Source: Candidatus Poribacteria bacterium
Lineage (GTDB): Bacteria > Poribacteria > WGA-4E > WGA-3G
Direction: 5' to 3'
Assembly (NCBI GenBank): GCA_965197475.1
Contig: CBDANF010000003.1
Location: forward strand, 3,296,001 to 3,360,000
DNA: 64,000 nucleotides
Part shown: positions 39,800-50,603 of the stretch, piece after piece
How positions within the stretch are numbered: position 1 is the stretch's first letter
Layout of the letters: each line of letters opens with the position of its first letter
Translations under genes and position numbers: made by a program
Notes under the pieces: generated by a model
What the model saw: only the letters and a program-made list of their open reading frames with translations
Told to the model about the DNA's origin: nothing
Database searches by the model: none

Positions 39800-39820
39800 A
39801 TATTGACAAATGCAAAACCA

Positions 39821-40672
39821 CTATCGGACAGACTTTAAGTTGCCCCAGGTAGTAGTTAATTTATCCGCTGGTTCAACGGCAGTTACAGCTTCACTGCTAA
39901 GGACAACAAGGCCGGTCTTTTCAGGATTTTTCCCGTGGACAATAGCATGCGGATACCATCCACTCCAACCTTTTTGACCAGGAGCGTCATTATCGCCATC
40001 ATTGACACAGATGCTTAACCCAAATTCAAGTCCTTCACTAAGTGTGATATCAAGACCGAAATTCGCAGGAACGAATTTAAATTCATAATAGGTTTTCTTG
40101 GCACTCTCGTCTCGGATAATAGCAACATCCTCACCAGCAACGAGTCCAGGGTTGTTGTGGGTCCTCTCATTCATGTTCTGTGTGATGATGTTCTCTGCAC
40201 CATTGTCTAACGCTCCATTATACAGGAACTGAGGTTGTTGTGATGCCCGCTCGCCACCAAGTGTAAAGGTGAGTTGTGCGCCATCTCCTTCCCATGGATT
40301 TGCTCCGCCGTGTTCATGTTCGTCATCGGTAACCTCAAGCGCAAGATAGACCGCATCGGCATTCCACACAATCATGAAACAGGTCTCATGGTCTTCGGGA
40401 CCGCTCCAAGTGCCCCCTAAGTCTTCCCAAACTTTAACTACACTATCCCTTCCTTCAAATTCAACACCGCAAAACGTGCTGCCGTCGGTGCCTGTAACTG
40501 AGTCCATCACACCTGCCCATTCGTCAAGATTTCCATCAATTGTAACGTCAATACCAGTAGGGGCATTGTAAACATCGTGTGTTTCGCTGCGCCACTGTGC
40601 ATCTGCGATATTAATTGCGAATAATGATACTGCTGCGAATAGCGCAGCCAGTACAAAAACATATTTTGTCAT
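39821..40672 (-). CDS. Secreted CBM9/DOMON-like sugar-binding protein
   Basis: TIDGNLDEW, WNADAVYLALEVTDD, WEGDGAQL, YYEFK, VNDGD; tail AVEPADKLTTTWGNLK. Confidence 0.78.
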   Translation of the reverse strand: MTKYVFVLAALFAAVSLFAINIADAQWRSETHDVYNAPTGIDVTIDGNLDEWAGVMDSVTGTDGSTFCGVEFEGRDSVVKVWEDLGGTWSGPEDHETCFMIVWNADAVYLALEVTDDEHEHGGANPWEGDGAQLTFTLGGERASQQPQFLYNGALDNGAENIITQNMNERTHNNPGLVAGEDVAIIRDESAKKTYYEFKFVPANFGLDITLSEGLEFGLSICVNDGDNDAPGQKGWSGWYPHAIVHGKNPEKTGLVVLSSEAVTAVEPADKLTTTWGNLKSVR

Positions 40673-40760
40673 CTAATTTCCCTCTCTTTTTTAATATTAA
40701 TTGTTTCCACCTTGGTGGAACTTTCAATAATGCAACAACGTTGCTTAATTTGTTAGTAAT

Positions 40761-40786
40761 TTTTGGGCAGGCATTTCTGCCCAAAA
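40761..40786. terminator. Intrinsic terminator-like hairpin
   Basis: TTTTGGGCAG-gcattt-CTGCCCAAAA. Confidence 0.55.
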
Positions 40787-40797
40787 GTAACGTTTAT

Positions 40798-40917
40798 CAG
40801 GACTTACGCAGTTGGTTTAGAAGTCCCCTTGATAAGGGGGTTAGGGGGTTAAAAGCACCAAATTCTGCCTATTTAACCCCCTAACCCCCTTATCAAGGGG
40901 GGAATGCGTAAGTCCTG
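40798..40917. mobile_element. MITE family A (120 bp)
   Basis: TIR CAGGACTTACGCA; 6-bp direct repeat GTTTAT on both sides. Confidence 0.9.
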
Positions 40918-41024
40918 GTTTATAATAAAATAAAACACGAGTACACTTCCGCAAGCGCGCTTACAAAGCGCGCCTACTACAATTTTCCAAAACCACGGAT
41001 ATAGATTGAAGCATGTCAAAACCT

Positions 41025-41852
41025 TTATCGGACTGATTTTAACCTACCCCATGTTGTCGTTAACTTGTTTTTAGCTTCAACAGCGAGAGTTTCATCTGTG
41101 AGTTTGACGAGACCTGTTTTTTCAGAATTCTTTCCGTGGACAATAGAATGTGGATACCATCCACTCCAACCTTTTTGACCAGGAGCGTCTTTATCGCCAT
41201 CATTGACACAGATGCCAAGCCCGAATTCGAAACCCTCAGTGAATTTATCGCCCCCATTCAATTCATCAGCAGAGAATCTGATTTCATAATAAGTTTCTTT
41301 CTCATTTTCATTTCGGACGATGGCAAAATCCTCACCTGCAGTGAGACCATTTTTTGCGGGTATCTCATTACCGGTAATTAAATTTTCAGCTTTATCGTCT
41401 AAGGCAACGTTATAGTGCCACATGGCTAAATCGTCACCTCGTTTTCCAGTCATTTCAAAAATAAGTTGAGTACTATCACCCTTCCAAGCACCACCACCAG
41501 AATGTTGATGCTCGTCATCAGTAACGCCTAGTGCAATATAAACAGCATCGGCATCCCACACAATCATGAAACAGGTTTCGTGGTCATCTGCTCCGTTCCA
41601 CTTTCCACCCTGATTTTCAAAAGCACCAAGGTTTTCAAATTCAACACCACAGAATGGTTCACCATCGGTACCTGTAACTGTTTCAATAACACCTTCCCAT
41701 CCCTCTTCATTATCAAGTTCGCCATCAATGGTAATGTCAGCAGGTTTTTGAAGCGCATTGTAAACGTCATGCGTATCGCTACGCCACTGTGCATCTGCTG
41801 CAACGCTTGTTAAAAATAGCAATAGTGTAATTGCAATCAAAAACTTTTTCAT
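41025..41852 (-). CDS. Secreted CBM9/DOMON-like protein, paralog of 39821-40672
   Basis: Shared AQWRS.THDVYNA, DHETCFMIVW, APGQKGWSGWYPH; tail AVEAKNKLTTTWGRLK. Confidence 0.78.
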   Translation of the reverse strand: MKKFLIAITLLLFLTSVAADAQWRSDTHDVYNALQKPADITIDGELDNEEGWEGVIETVTGTDGEPFCGVEFENLGAFENQGGKWNGADDHETCFMIVWDADAVYIALGVTDDEHQHSGGGAWKGDSTQLIFEMTGKRGDDLAMWHYNVALDDKAENLITGNEIPAKNGLTAGEDFAIVRNENEKETYYEIRFSADELNGGDKFTEGFEFGLGICVNDGDKDAPGQKGWSGWYPHSIVHGKNSEKTGLVKLTDETLAVEAKNKLTTTWGRLKSVR

Positions 41853-41978
41853 CTTATATTCTCCTTGTTAGAAGTTAAATTTTATTATCCGAAAACTCCG
41901 TGTACATAATTCACACTCAATGTATTTTAAGATAATTATAACAAAATTTCAAGGTAATTTTGTAAACTGACCAAATTG

Positions 41979-43514
41979 TTAACGATCACCAATAGTTTGA
42001 ACAGAATCTTTGCCACCCAAGCAGAAAATATATCTGTCACTTGAGCCGATATATAGTTTACCGTTTGCGATAGCTGGCGAAGAATACAATTTCAACCCAT
42101 ACTCAATATCTTGCGTACCATATTCCCATTGGATGCTACCATCTTCAATATTTAGTGCGTAGATGCTACCGGATCCCGTTGCAGCGTAAACTGTATCTTG
42201 TGTAACAGCAGGTGATGATACGACGACTCCCTTGAGATAAGTTTTCCAATGGAGTTCTCCATCCGCAGCCGCGAGTGTATAGACAAAACCGTCGCGAGAT
42301 CCGAACGTAACATAATTGTTGTGGACAGCAATCGCTGTGAGAACAGCATCCCCTGCTTCGTATTCCCACACCGTGTCGCCAGTTTCGGCGTTTACAGCGA
42401 TGGCTTTTCCTCTTGGAATAGACGCACTTTCAGAAAAATCTCCTGTACCTAAGCCGAAAAAGACCAAGTTTTCGTGCGCGCTTGGGCTTCCCCAAACAGG
42501 ATACGGCATCGGTTGAGACCAGATTTCCTCACCTGTTTGTGCATCCACAGCATATAATTTATGCTGACCGTAACCGGTCCCAAAGTAGACCTTACCGTCT
42601 TTGACTAATGGGGACATATCCGCATGCACAGCAGGAAAATGCCAAATCTGTTCACCTGCGAGTGCGTCAACACAGTAGACACCATCTGCCCCTGCAGTGA
42701 AGTAAAGTCTTCCTTGGGTAATAAACGGGGTTGACTCAACATGACTTGCAGTTTTGAAACTCCAGAAAGGTTCACCCGTCTTAGCGTCAAGGCATCTGAG
42801 CCTACAGCCACTATCTAAATGAAAACCTTCACCGATGTAAACTCTACCTGCGACAACGGCGGGTGAAGAAAAGATTGGTATTTCTGAGTTGTTCTCCCAG
42901 ATGACTTTCTGCGTATCTGTATCAATACAGTAAGTTGCACCGCTAACAGAAAAAACTGCACCGCGAGTAGCACCAATATAAAGACGATTACCAACGATAG
43001 TAGGTGATGAAAGGAATTGAACCGTTTTCATACCCTTAGCTTTGAAAACCCAGGAAGGCGTTCCGCTTGTTGGACCGGGTAAGTCATCAACATGACCAGT
43101 ACGGTTTGCATTACTTCGGAACGTTGTCCATGCCGTGAGATTTCTCACATTTTCCGTACCAGTTTGCTGAGTGCCTCCATCAATTGTAGGGGTGCTTTGA
43201 TTGATTCCCTTCCCGACAAATTGAAAGGTTAAAACCGCGAGACCAATTAGCACAACCAGGCTAACAACAGAGACAATAATTCTCCGGAAAGTAAGGAAGT
43301 CTTGCACTTTGTAAAAAAGCATCTTGGTTGTGTCACGTGCAAATACAAGTGAAGTGAGAATAGCAACACCTACAAATGCAAGAATTTGCGGGATAATGCT
43401 AAGCAGCGCAGTGAGAGGCCCAAGAAGCTGTGGTATAACTGCATGCGCAGCCGTTGTGAAACAGACAAAAACCGATATGAGACTTAAAGTCAGTGTCCAT
43501 GTGGTTTTTCTCAT
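41979..43514 (-). CDS. Membrane-anchored PQQ-like beta-propeller repeat protein (BamB-like)
   Basis: N-terminal TM segments; WTTFRSNANRTG; repeats SSPAV..G.VY.G...LDA.TGE..W. Confidence 0.88.
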   Translation of the reverse strand: MRKTTWTLTLSLISVFVCFTTAAHAVIPQLLGPLTALLSIIPQILAFVGVAILTSLVFARDTTKMLFYKVQDFLTFRRIIVSVVSLVVLIGLAVLTFQFVGKGINQSTPTIDGGTQQTGTENVRNLTAWTTFRSNANRTGHVDDLPGPTSGTPSWVFKAKGMKTVQFLSSPTIVGNRLYIGATRGAVFSVSGATYCIDTDTQKVIWENNSEIPIFSSPAVVAGRVYIGEGFHLDSGCRLRCLDAKTGEPFWSFKTASHVESTPFITQGRLYFTAGADGVYCVDALAGEQIWHFPAVHADMSPLVKDGKVYFGTGYGQHKLYAVDAQTGEEIWSQPMPYPVWGSPSAHENLVFFGLGTGDFSESASIPRGKAIAVNAETGDTVWEYEAGDAVLTAIAVHNNYVTFGSRDGFVYTLAAADGELHWKTYLKGVVVSSPAVTQDTVYAATGSGSIYALNIEDGSIQWEYGTQDIEYGLKLYSSPAIANGKLYIGSSDRYIFCLGGKDSVQTIGDR

Positions 43515-43531
43515 ACGTTGTAACTCCCGTA

Positions 43532-44710
43532 CTATTTGGATTTTTCCAAGAATTGGACGGCAAAATGCATAAGATTCTCAAGCATAGGGCCGTTTTGAGC
43601 TGTATTTTCTTTACTATCGTTGCGAAGGTTTGTGATGAGATACATACCTTTCCCATATCTCAATTTAGCAACAACAATTTCTTTGCCGCTATTGGTAGTC
43701 GCGAGCACCTCATACTTATCGTTCCATCCATTCCATGAGTCGTCAAGTGAAAGATGTCCTGAACGGATACGGTGCGGTGCTTTAAAGAGGTCACCTGCTT
43801 TTGAAGTGGGTTGAAAATCATTCCGGTGGTCGCTTTCTACACCTTTGAGTGGCTCAGGTAACCAACCGGAACCACAGGGGCGGTTTGGATCGCTGTCTTG
43901 CCCAGAAACAATGACAATCCCGCCCTCTTTCACAAAATCTTTAATCCGTTTCTCACGGTGCTGATTTAGGAGGTACCTGCCATCATCAATTGCGCGGTAG
44001 CCGAGCCATAATATGTCAGTTTTACTGAGTCCCGGTAGATCACGATCCGTTGTCTGCTTACAAGCGATCCAACGTTTTCCCGCCTTATTAATGTTGGAGA
44101 TAACAGGAAGTTCTTCTTGATAGTTCTTTCTGTTCAGAAGAAAGAGTCGGATTACACCTCCATCAAGTATTGCGCGTACCTCTTTCTGGAATTCGGGTGT
44201 TGAATCTCTTCTCGAAACCTTATCCTTATTGAGGTATTTCTCAAAGTGAGTAAAACCCCATCTACCCCAACCTCGTTCCGGATCTTTTGTGAGTTGTAGT
44301 TGAAACCATTTCCCTCTTGTGTGCGCGAGTGCGTCAATTCGTCCTTTTTCTTGTAGGTAACAAACCACGATCGGTTCGCCTTGTTTTAGAAATCGTGCGA
44401 TCTCTCCCCTATGGTCCTCATCGCCTTTAAAGATATCAAAACGAATTCTAATCACTTCAAATTCGCTTTTACCTTTGAGGTTTTTTTCTACCTTAATATT
44501 AGCGGTCTTTCGGTTAGTGTTGACTTCTGTGATAGTTCCAAAGACAATGTTAGTACTCTCATTGGCAATTTGTGGGATGGTATAACGTACAGAAATGTAG
44601 CCATGAGCACTCAACTGTGTCAATATAAAAATACTTGCAGCAAGTACCCCTATCAAGTTATAACGTTTGCGTTTTATATTTTGTTTATATACCGATTTTA
44701 GATTTTGCAC
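43532..44710 (-). CDS. Secreted hypothetical protein; C-terminal domain related to 38908-39696
   Basis: IKDFVKEGGIV...GWLPEPL...YGKGMYL...LENLMHFA. Confidence 0.65.
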   Translation of the reverse strand: MQNLKSVYKQNIKRKRYNLIGVLAASIFILTQLSAHGYISVRYTIPQIANESTNIVFGTITEVNTNRKTANIKVEKNLKGKSEFEVIRIRFDIFKGDEDHRGEIARFLKQGEPIVVCYLQEKGRIDALAHTRGKWFQLQLTKDPERGWGRWGFTHFEKYLNKDKVSRRDSTPEFQKEVRAILDGGVIRLFLLNRKNYQEELPVISNINKAGKRWIACKQTTDRDLPGLSKTDILWLGYRAIDDGRYLLNQHREKRIKDFVKEGGIVIVSGQDSDPNRPCGSGWLPEPLKGVESDHRNDFQPTSKAGDLFKAPHRIRSGHLSLDDSWNGWNDKYEVLATTNSGKEIVVAKLRYGKGMYLITNLRNDSKENTAQNGPMLENLMHFAVQFLEKSK

Positions 44711-44762
44711 TGAAATTCCCTCCTAAGAAATTCTGTTTTTAGTTGCGATTTTATGTTTGTTA

Positions 44763-44883
44763 CAGGACTTACGCATTCCCCCTTGATAAGGGGGTTAGGG
44801 GGGTTAAATAAGCAGAATTTTGGTATTTTAACCCCCCTAACCCCCTTATCAGGGGGACTTTAAGAGGAAATGCGTAAGTCCTG
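44763..44883. mobile_element. MITE family A (121 bp)
   Basis: TIR CAGGACTTACGCA; 5-bp direct repeat TGTTA. Confidence 0.9.
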
Positions 44884-44987
44884 TGTTATAGTAAACAATT
44901 GATTATAGGACTTACAAAATTTGGAGTGCATGCAAATTGTGCGTGCATTCAAAGAACCTGCGAAAGCAGCAGAGAGATAAGTCCAAT

Positions 44988-45307
44988 TTATTTAAGCTTA
45001 ACAGCAGTTCCGGTTGCTGTTACCATCAGCATGCCGTTACTGGCACAAGCACCTGATAGTCAATGTCAATACCGACGACAGCGTCTGCCCCTTGACGTTG
45101 CGCTATCTCCTGCATTTCTCGGATTGCGGTCTCACGTGCATCAGCAAGTTTACTTTCATAAGTTTTGGATCGTCCGCCAATCATATCTGTAATGCCAGCG
45201 AGAAAATCACGAAAGATATTCGCGCCCATAATCGCCTCACCTGTCACTAAACCAAGATATTGTCCGATTTGCCTGCCTTCAATCGTATTGGTCGTTGTTG
45301 TGATCAT
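44988..45307 (-). pseudogene. YbjQ/UPF0145 family protein with a 1-nt deletion near 45045
   Basis: [11 protein letters not shown]...GANIFRD...GGRS..YE..L..AR...[15 protein letters not shown]. The canonical end [18 protein letters not shown] lies in the shifted frame. Confidence 0.85.
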
Positions 45308-46416
45308 TATTGTGCTCTCCCTCTTGCGGTAATTTCCCACACAGATTCGACAATGTCGTTTCGGAGGCCGTAATATTTGTCGTGAAGATTAACAGTTGTA
45401 CAACAGTGAGTAGGTAATATTTCCAGTTTCTCCCCCGGTATCAGAGGAATATTTGTATCGGTAGCCTGCATTTTGCCATGCTCTTCGGAAAGTCCGGTCA
45501 TTTCAAGACCTTGAATCCCAATCGGTTGCGGAATACCGAACTCCTTCGTAAGCACTTTCAGGCCTGCATCTACAATAATGCGGTTTTGTTCGGGACGACT
45601 GACGACGGTCGCCAAAACTGATAAGGCACAATTGAACTTCTCCCCAACACCTTCAACATTGCGATAAGTAGAATCCATAAAGACGTATGAACCTGCCTGC
45701 ACCTCTGTCATTTCGGGAATGCTCCCTGTAATATCAAAGGTCCCAGTGCCACCCCCGCTCATAATTGAAACTTCTATTCCATGCTTTTCAAGAAAATGTT
45801 TTGTTTCAATCAAGTGTTGCATTGATTCGCGTGTTGAAACCTCCCGCTCAGTTCGGTTTGGATTTGCGACGGTATGTCCCTCATATCCCATCAATCCTTC
45901 AAACTTCAAGTTTGGACTCTTGCACACTTGATGTGCCAACTCAAGTGTTGCTTTACCGGGTTCAACGCCACACCGCTTCATGCCGATGTTGACTTCCACT
46001 AAAATTCTTATCGTTACACCTTTTGCTAATGCGGCTTCGGAAATTGCTTGCACATTCTGTGCGTTATCCACAGCAACCATAATTTCCGAGTGCTTTGCGA
46101 GATTGATGAGGCGCGCTATTTTTTGTGTGCCAACAATCTGATTGGCAATTAGAACATCTCGGATGCCAGCATGAACGACTGCCTCTGCTTCCCCCAATTT
46201 TGCGCATGTAACGCCGATAGCACCTGCAGCAATCTGTTTATGCGCGATAATCGGTGTTTTATGTGTTTTGAGGTGAGGTCTCAAGTCCGCGTTGACAGAC
46301 GTGAAATAATCCGCCATCTTCCGGATATTGGCTTCCATTTTATCCAGATCAATTAACAACGCAGGCGTATCCAATTCCGTTTTGTGCCTACCGATATATG
46401 GCACACTGTTTTGCAT
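45307..46416 (-). CDS. DSD1/D-threonine aldolase family PLP-dependent enzyme
   Basis: [47 protein letters not shown]. Confidence 0.92.
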   Translation of the reverse strand: MQNSVPYIGRHKTELDTPALLIDLDKMEANIRKMADYFTSVNADLRPHLKTHKTPIIAHKQIAAGAIGVTCAKLGEAEAVVHAGIRDVLIANQIVGTQKIARLINLAKHSEIMVAVDNAQNVQAISEAALAKGVTIRILVEVNIGMKRCGVEPGKATLELAHQVCKSPNLKFEGLMGYEGHTVANPNRTEREVSTRESMQHLIETKHFLEKHGIEVSIMSGGGTGTFDITGSIPEMTEVQAGSYVFMDSTYRNVEGVGEKFNCALSVLATVVSRPEQNRIIVDAGLKVLTKEFGIPQPIGIQGLEMTGLSEEHGKMQATDTNIPLIPGEKLEILPTHCCTTVNLHDKYYGLRNDIVESVWEITARGRAQ

Positions 46417-46445
46417 ACATCACCCCTCTGGCATACAACACCTCT

Positions 46446-47399
46446 TTAGAGTTGTTTCACAGGATTCAAAAGCGTACCGAAACCTTCAACTTCAATTTGC
46501 ACGACATCGTTCGGGGCAAGCGGCAAATCATTTGGAACGATAATTCCGGTACCAGTGGAAACGACAGTGCCAAACGGGATCGGGTTATCACGCATCAAAA
46601 ACTCAGTGAGTTGTTCAAACTTCCAGTTAATTTGGGACGTGTTTACTTCACCTACGTAAATCTCTTTTTCTTCACGAAGGATAGTACACTTCATCTGCAG
46701 ACTGTATGGATTATCTACTTCAGAAGTCGTTAGGAACATGGGACCGAGTGCACAACATCCATAATATATTTTTGATTGCGGCAGATAGAGTGGATTGTCG
46801 CTCTCAATATCCCAAGCAGACACATCGTTGCAGAGGGTGTATCCGATGATGTCACCGTCGGCACCAAGAATATAAGCGATCTCTGGTTCTGCTGCTGTCA
46901 GAACAGAATCACTGCGGATACCTATAAAACCGTTTGGCCCAACACAACGTGGTGGTGTCGCTTTGAAAAAGATTTCAGGTCTATCAGCGTAGTAAACACG
47001 GCTGTAAATATCTTGTTCGCTATCGTCGTCGCGCATATCCGCGCTGCGTTTGTAGGTAACTCCACATCCCCATACCTCAGGGGCATCTATTGGGACCAGT
47101 AAGTGCGGAATTTTTTCATCAGGTGAAACGTCCAATTTCTCTAAGGTCAATCCATTATCTTCGTCTGATGTTGGTTCAGCACCGTGGAGTGCGGTAAACC
47201 GCATCGGTGGTGGCGGTGATACCTTTTCTTGGATATCTGCCAAAAGCACGCCCAGAGTCACCCGTTCTTTATAGGCGAGTTCCAACACCTCTAATACACC
47301 GGGTGATTCGTCACTCGTCACGTCAATAACTTCGTTTTCACGGGTGACAATCCCGACTCGCTTACCTAAGTTAGGTAAGTGAAATTGGATCAGTTTCAT
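46446..47399 (-). CDS. Fumarylacetoacetate hydrolase family protein (2-keto-3-deoxy-pentonate dehydratase-like)
   Basis: EVWGCGVTYKRS, RPEIFFKA, EPE, NDVSAWDIE..NPLYLPQSK, TGTGIIVP. Confidence 0.88.
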   Translation of the reverse strand: MKLIQFHLPNLGKRVGIVTRENEVIDVTSDESPGVLEVLELAYKERVTLGVLLADIQEKVSPPPPMRFTALHGAEPTSDEDNGLTLEKLDVSPDEKIPHLLVPIDAPEVWGCGVTYKRSADMRDDDSEQDIYSRVYYADRPEIFFKATPPRCVGPNGFIGIRSDSVLTAAEPEIAYILGADGDIIGYTLCNDVSAWDIESDNPLYLPQSKIYYGCCALGPMFLTTSEVDNPYSLQMKCTILREEKEIYVGEVNTSQINWKFEQLTEFLMRDNPIPFGTVVSTGTGIIVPNDLPLAPNDVVQIEVEGFGTLLNPVKQL

Positions 47400-47477
47400 A
47401 ATTCTCCAAACATTTCCGATGATTTTTGCGAAGCAAGCGTGTCATTACATCAAGTGGCTTCGTAGATTTACTTAAGG

Positions 47478-48095
47478 TTAATTTTCCGATGGGACCAAAG
47501 CCGTTTTCTCAAGAAACCTAATAACCTTCAGTGCGGATTCAAAAACAGACAGTTCTGCAGTGTTCACAACAACCTCCGGCTTGTGAGGTGCTTCATAGGG
47601 AGCACTGATACCAGTAAATTCTTTAATTTCTCCAGAACGTGCTTTTTTGTATAGACCTTTCGGGTCGCGTTCTTCGCAAACATCAAGCGGACACTCAACA
47701 AAGACTTCAACGAACCTATTTTCAGCAATGAGACCTCTTGCTTGGTCACGGTCGGCGCGGTATGGCGAAATGAATGCTGTCATAACGATAGTGCCTGCAT
47801 CGACAAAAAGTTTTGCCACTTCACCGACTCGGCGAATATTTTCTTCACGGTCTTCCGGAGAGAAGCCTAAATTTTTGTTCAATCCATGGCGGACATTGTC
47901 GCCATCTAAGACATAAGTGTGATGCTTGCGCTCATGTAATAGGTGCGCCACTGCATTTGCCAATGTTGATTTTCCTGAACCGGAGAGGCCTGTAAACCAT
48001 ACGACACAACCTTTTTGGTTGAGGAGTTCTTCCCTGTCTTCCACTGTGACAGTAGTTTCATGCCACGTAATATTAGTTGCTTTCTGTTCTGGCAA
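47478..48095 (-). CDS. cysC: Adenylyl-sulfate kinase
   Basis: [41 protein letters not shown]. Confidence 0.97.
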   Translation of the reverse strand: MPEQKATNITWHETTVTVEDREELLNQKGCVVWFTGLSGSGKSTLANAVAHLLHERKHHTYVLDGDNVRHGLNKNLGFSPEDREENIRRVGEVAKLFVDAGTIVMTAFISPYRADRDQARGLIAENRFVEVFVECPLDVCEERDPKGLYKKARSGEIKEFTGISAPYEAPHKPEVVVNTAELSVFESALKVIRFLEKTALVPSEN

Positions 48096-48434
48096 TCGAT
48101 TGTTCCTCGTGATTTCGTGATAGTAAAAGGGTTATCAATTTTCCCAAAATGCTTTACGGGTATTGCCCTTGAATCATATTTTGTAAAAAGAATACACTTG
48201 CAGTATAGTATATCAGAAGTTGGTATGAAGTGCAAACTTTTATTGAGAGATTATGTTTCATTAATTATACGACCCCAAAATCGTGAATTGCAACAGTTTT
48301 TAAGGCATTTTCAAACCTTCTTGGATATAATTTGTAGAACAATTGCATAAATCGTAATAGAATGGTTTTTGGCAACTAGTTGTCTTCAGTTCTTCAGTAA
48401 AACTGTTGAGATAATCTTCAAAGAGAGGACATAA

Positions 48435-50285
48435 ATGTTTGACGATGATCCTAATTCTCATAACATAGAATCAGAATCTCGCACTTCTGCACTAAAGACA
48501 CTACGACGCTTTTTCTTCGTCGCTTGGAAGGTCAGCCCCGTTAGAACGATTGCACAAGTTCTTTTTTCACTCGTAGATGGGTGTTTTCCTATTGGCACGC
48601 TCTGGGCAAGCCGCGGGTTGGTGAATGTGATTGTTGCGATCCTCGCGAACGAGGCGGCACCGAGTCTACAGACAGCAGCACCTTGGGTCATCGCTTTAGT
48701 TGTTTTGGCACTCGCGCGAAGTCTTACGGGGACATGCGCGGGATACGTGACGTGGCAGTTGCAGCACAGAATTGAAAACTATCATCACCGTGTCTTAATT
48801 GAAGCCGCGACCCAGATTAATTTCGTTGTTTTTGATCAACCACAGACGTATGATTTGATACAACGCGCACGCAAAGCCTTTGAACACCGTCTCACCAATC
48901 TCCTGCTATTTCTAACGGAAATTGGCAAACTCTTTGCAACGCTTGTGGGGTACGGTGTGATTCTATGGATCGTGGACCCGATTCTTGTGTTGGTGGTGTT
49001 ACCGGCGATTCCATCCGCTTGGCTGAAAATTAGGGCTGCCCAAACGGGATATATCTACGATTATGACGCGACACCGATCCGTCGTATGATGCGGTACATA
49101 CTTGATCTTCTATTGGGTCCTGCTTCTGGACAAGAAGTCCGGCTATTCGGTCTTTTCGATCGACTTTGGGGACGATAGCGGACAAACCATCAAACGTGGC
49201 GGAAAGAGGAGTTTGGGAAGATATGGACAGAGATAAGGGCTTCTATCGGCACAACCGTTGCTGAACTCGCTGCCTACTCGGTTGCTATTTTTATTCTTGC
49301 GGCTCAAATTGTTGATGGGCAGTTAACGCTTGGAGATTATGTTGTTCTCACCGCTGCCGCAACAAGTTTTCAAGGTATTCTTGCGGGGTTGCTTCGGGAA
49401 ATAGAACACATTTTTCAGGATTTGCCGTTGCTTCGCGATTTGCATCTCTTTCTTGAAAGTGCCGAAAAGAATCGCTCACAGGCAGGGACTGAAAGGTTTC
49501 CTAAGCCACTACAAGAGGGTGTGACGGTGCGTAATCTCCGATTCCGATATCCGAAATCGGACGACGATGTGCTACAGGACATAAACTTTCATGTGCGTCC
49601 CGGTGAGATTATTAGCATCGTGGGAGCAAACGGTGCTGGGAAGTCAACGCTTATTAAACTATTGCTCGGTCTATATCAGCCAGATGATGGGGCGATCTGC
49701 TACGATGGGGTAGATGTCGTGTCTATTGCGCCCGATCAGTTTGCGCGCAACTGTGCAGCTGTTTTCCAAGATTTTACGCGGTTTCGGCATCCTGTGCGGG
49801 AGGAACTTGTCCCAGGTCCCCCGAACTTCCATATCAACGACGACGCGCTTTGGGATGTCGTGAATGCACTCGGGTTGGCGGATCGCTTTAAAACTTTCCC
49901 GCGCGGTTTAGATACATTCCTTGACCCTTCGCTCGGTGAAGAGGGTGATGGTGCTGAACTGTCTGGTGGGGAATGGCAAAAGATTGCACTCGCGCGGGCG
50001 TTGGTACGAAATCCGCAGGTACTTGTCCTCGATGAACCGACTGCCGCACTGGACCCTGAGGCTGAGGTCGAACTCTATCAGCAGTTCCTTCAACTCGTTG
50101 GGGGGCGGATGACGTTTCTTATTTCGCATCGGATTGGCTCTACCCGTCTTGCAGACCGTATCTTGATATTGGACGGTGGCAGGATTGTTGAAGATGGCAC
50201 ACATGAAGAATTGCTTGCTGAAAATGGACTCTATACGCGCTTTTTTAAGGCACAAGCACGTTGGTACCAGAAGGATTCTCGTTGA
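48435..50285 (+). pseudogene. ABC exporter (permease + ATPase) with a single in-frame TAG at 49176-49178
   Basis: Frame stays open across the stop to GANGAGKS, LSGGEWQK, VLDEPT. The neighbouring paralog has Trp at the equivalent place (IARWQ). Confidence 0.85.
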
Positions 50286-50289
50286 TTTA

Positions 50290-50565
50290 AAGGTAGCAGG
50301 CACACGCCGTAGGTCTCCGTCCGTTTCTCTTGTAGGAGGTGTTTGCAACGCAGATTTCTTCTGTAGGCAATCTGTTAGATTGCGTTCAATTATGTTGGGT
50401 TTCGCATGCTCTACCAACCTACAGACTGCAATAGGGAGTCGTTTTCGCAAGATTACCGGAATATGCATTGACAGTACCGAGAAAGTCAACCGTCAACAAT
50501 CCTGAAAATCCTGAAAATCCTGGTTCAGACAAAAGAGGCGAGGCACAGAGACCCTGTCCTACAAT
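50290..50565. repeat. Cluster of GTAG REP-like fragments plus a half family B element
   Basis: GTAGCAGGCAC..., GTAGGAGGT..., GTTGGGTTTC...CCAACCTAC, AATCCTGGTTCAGACA. Confidence 0.55.
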
Positions 50566-50603
50566 GTTAACCGTATTCTGATAGTCATTCAAAAGGTATA
50601 ACA

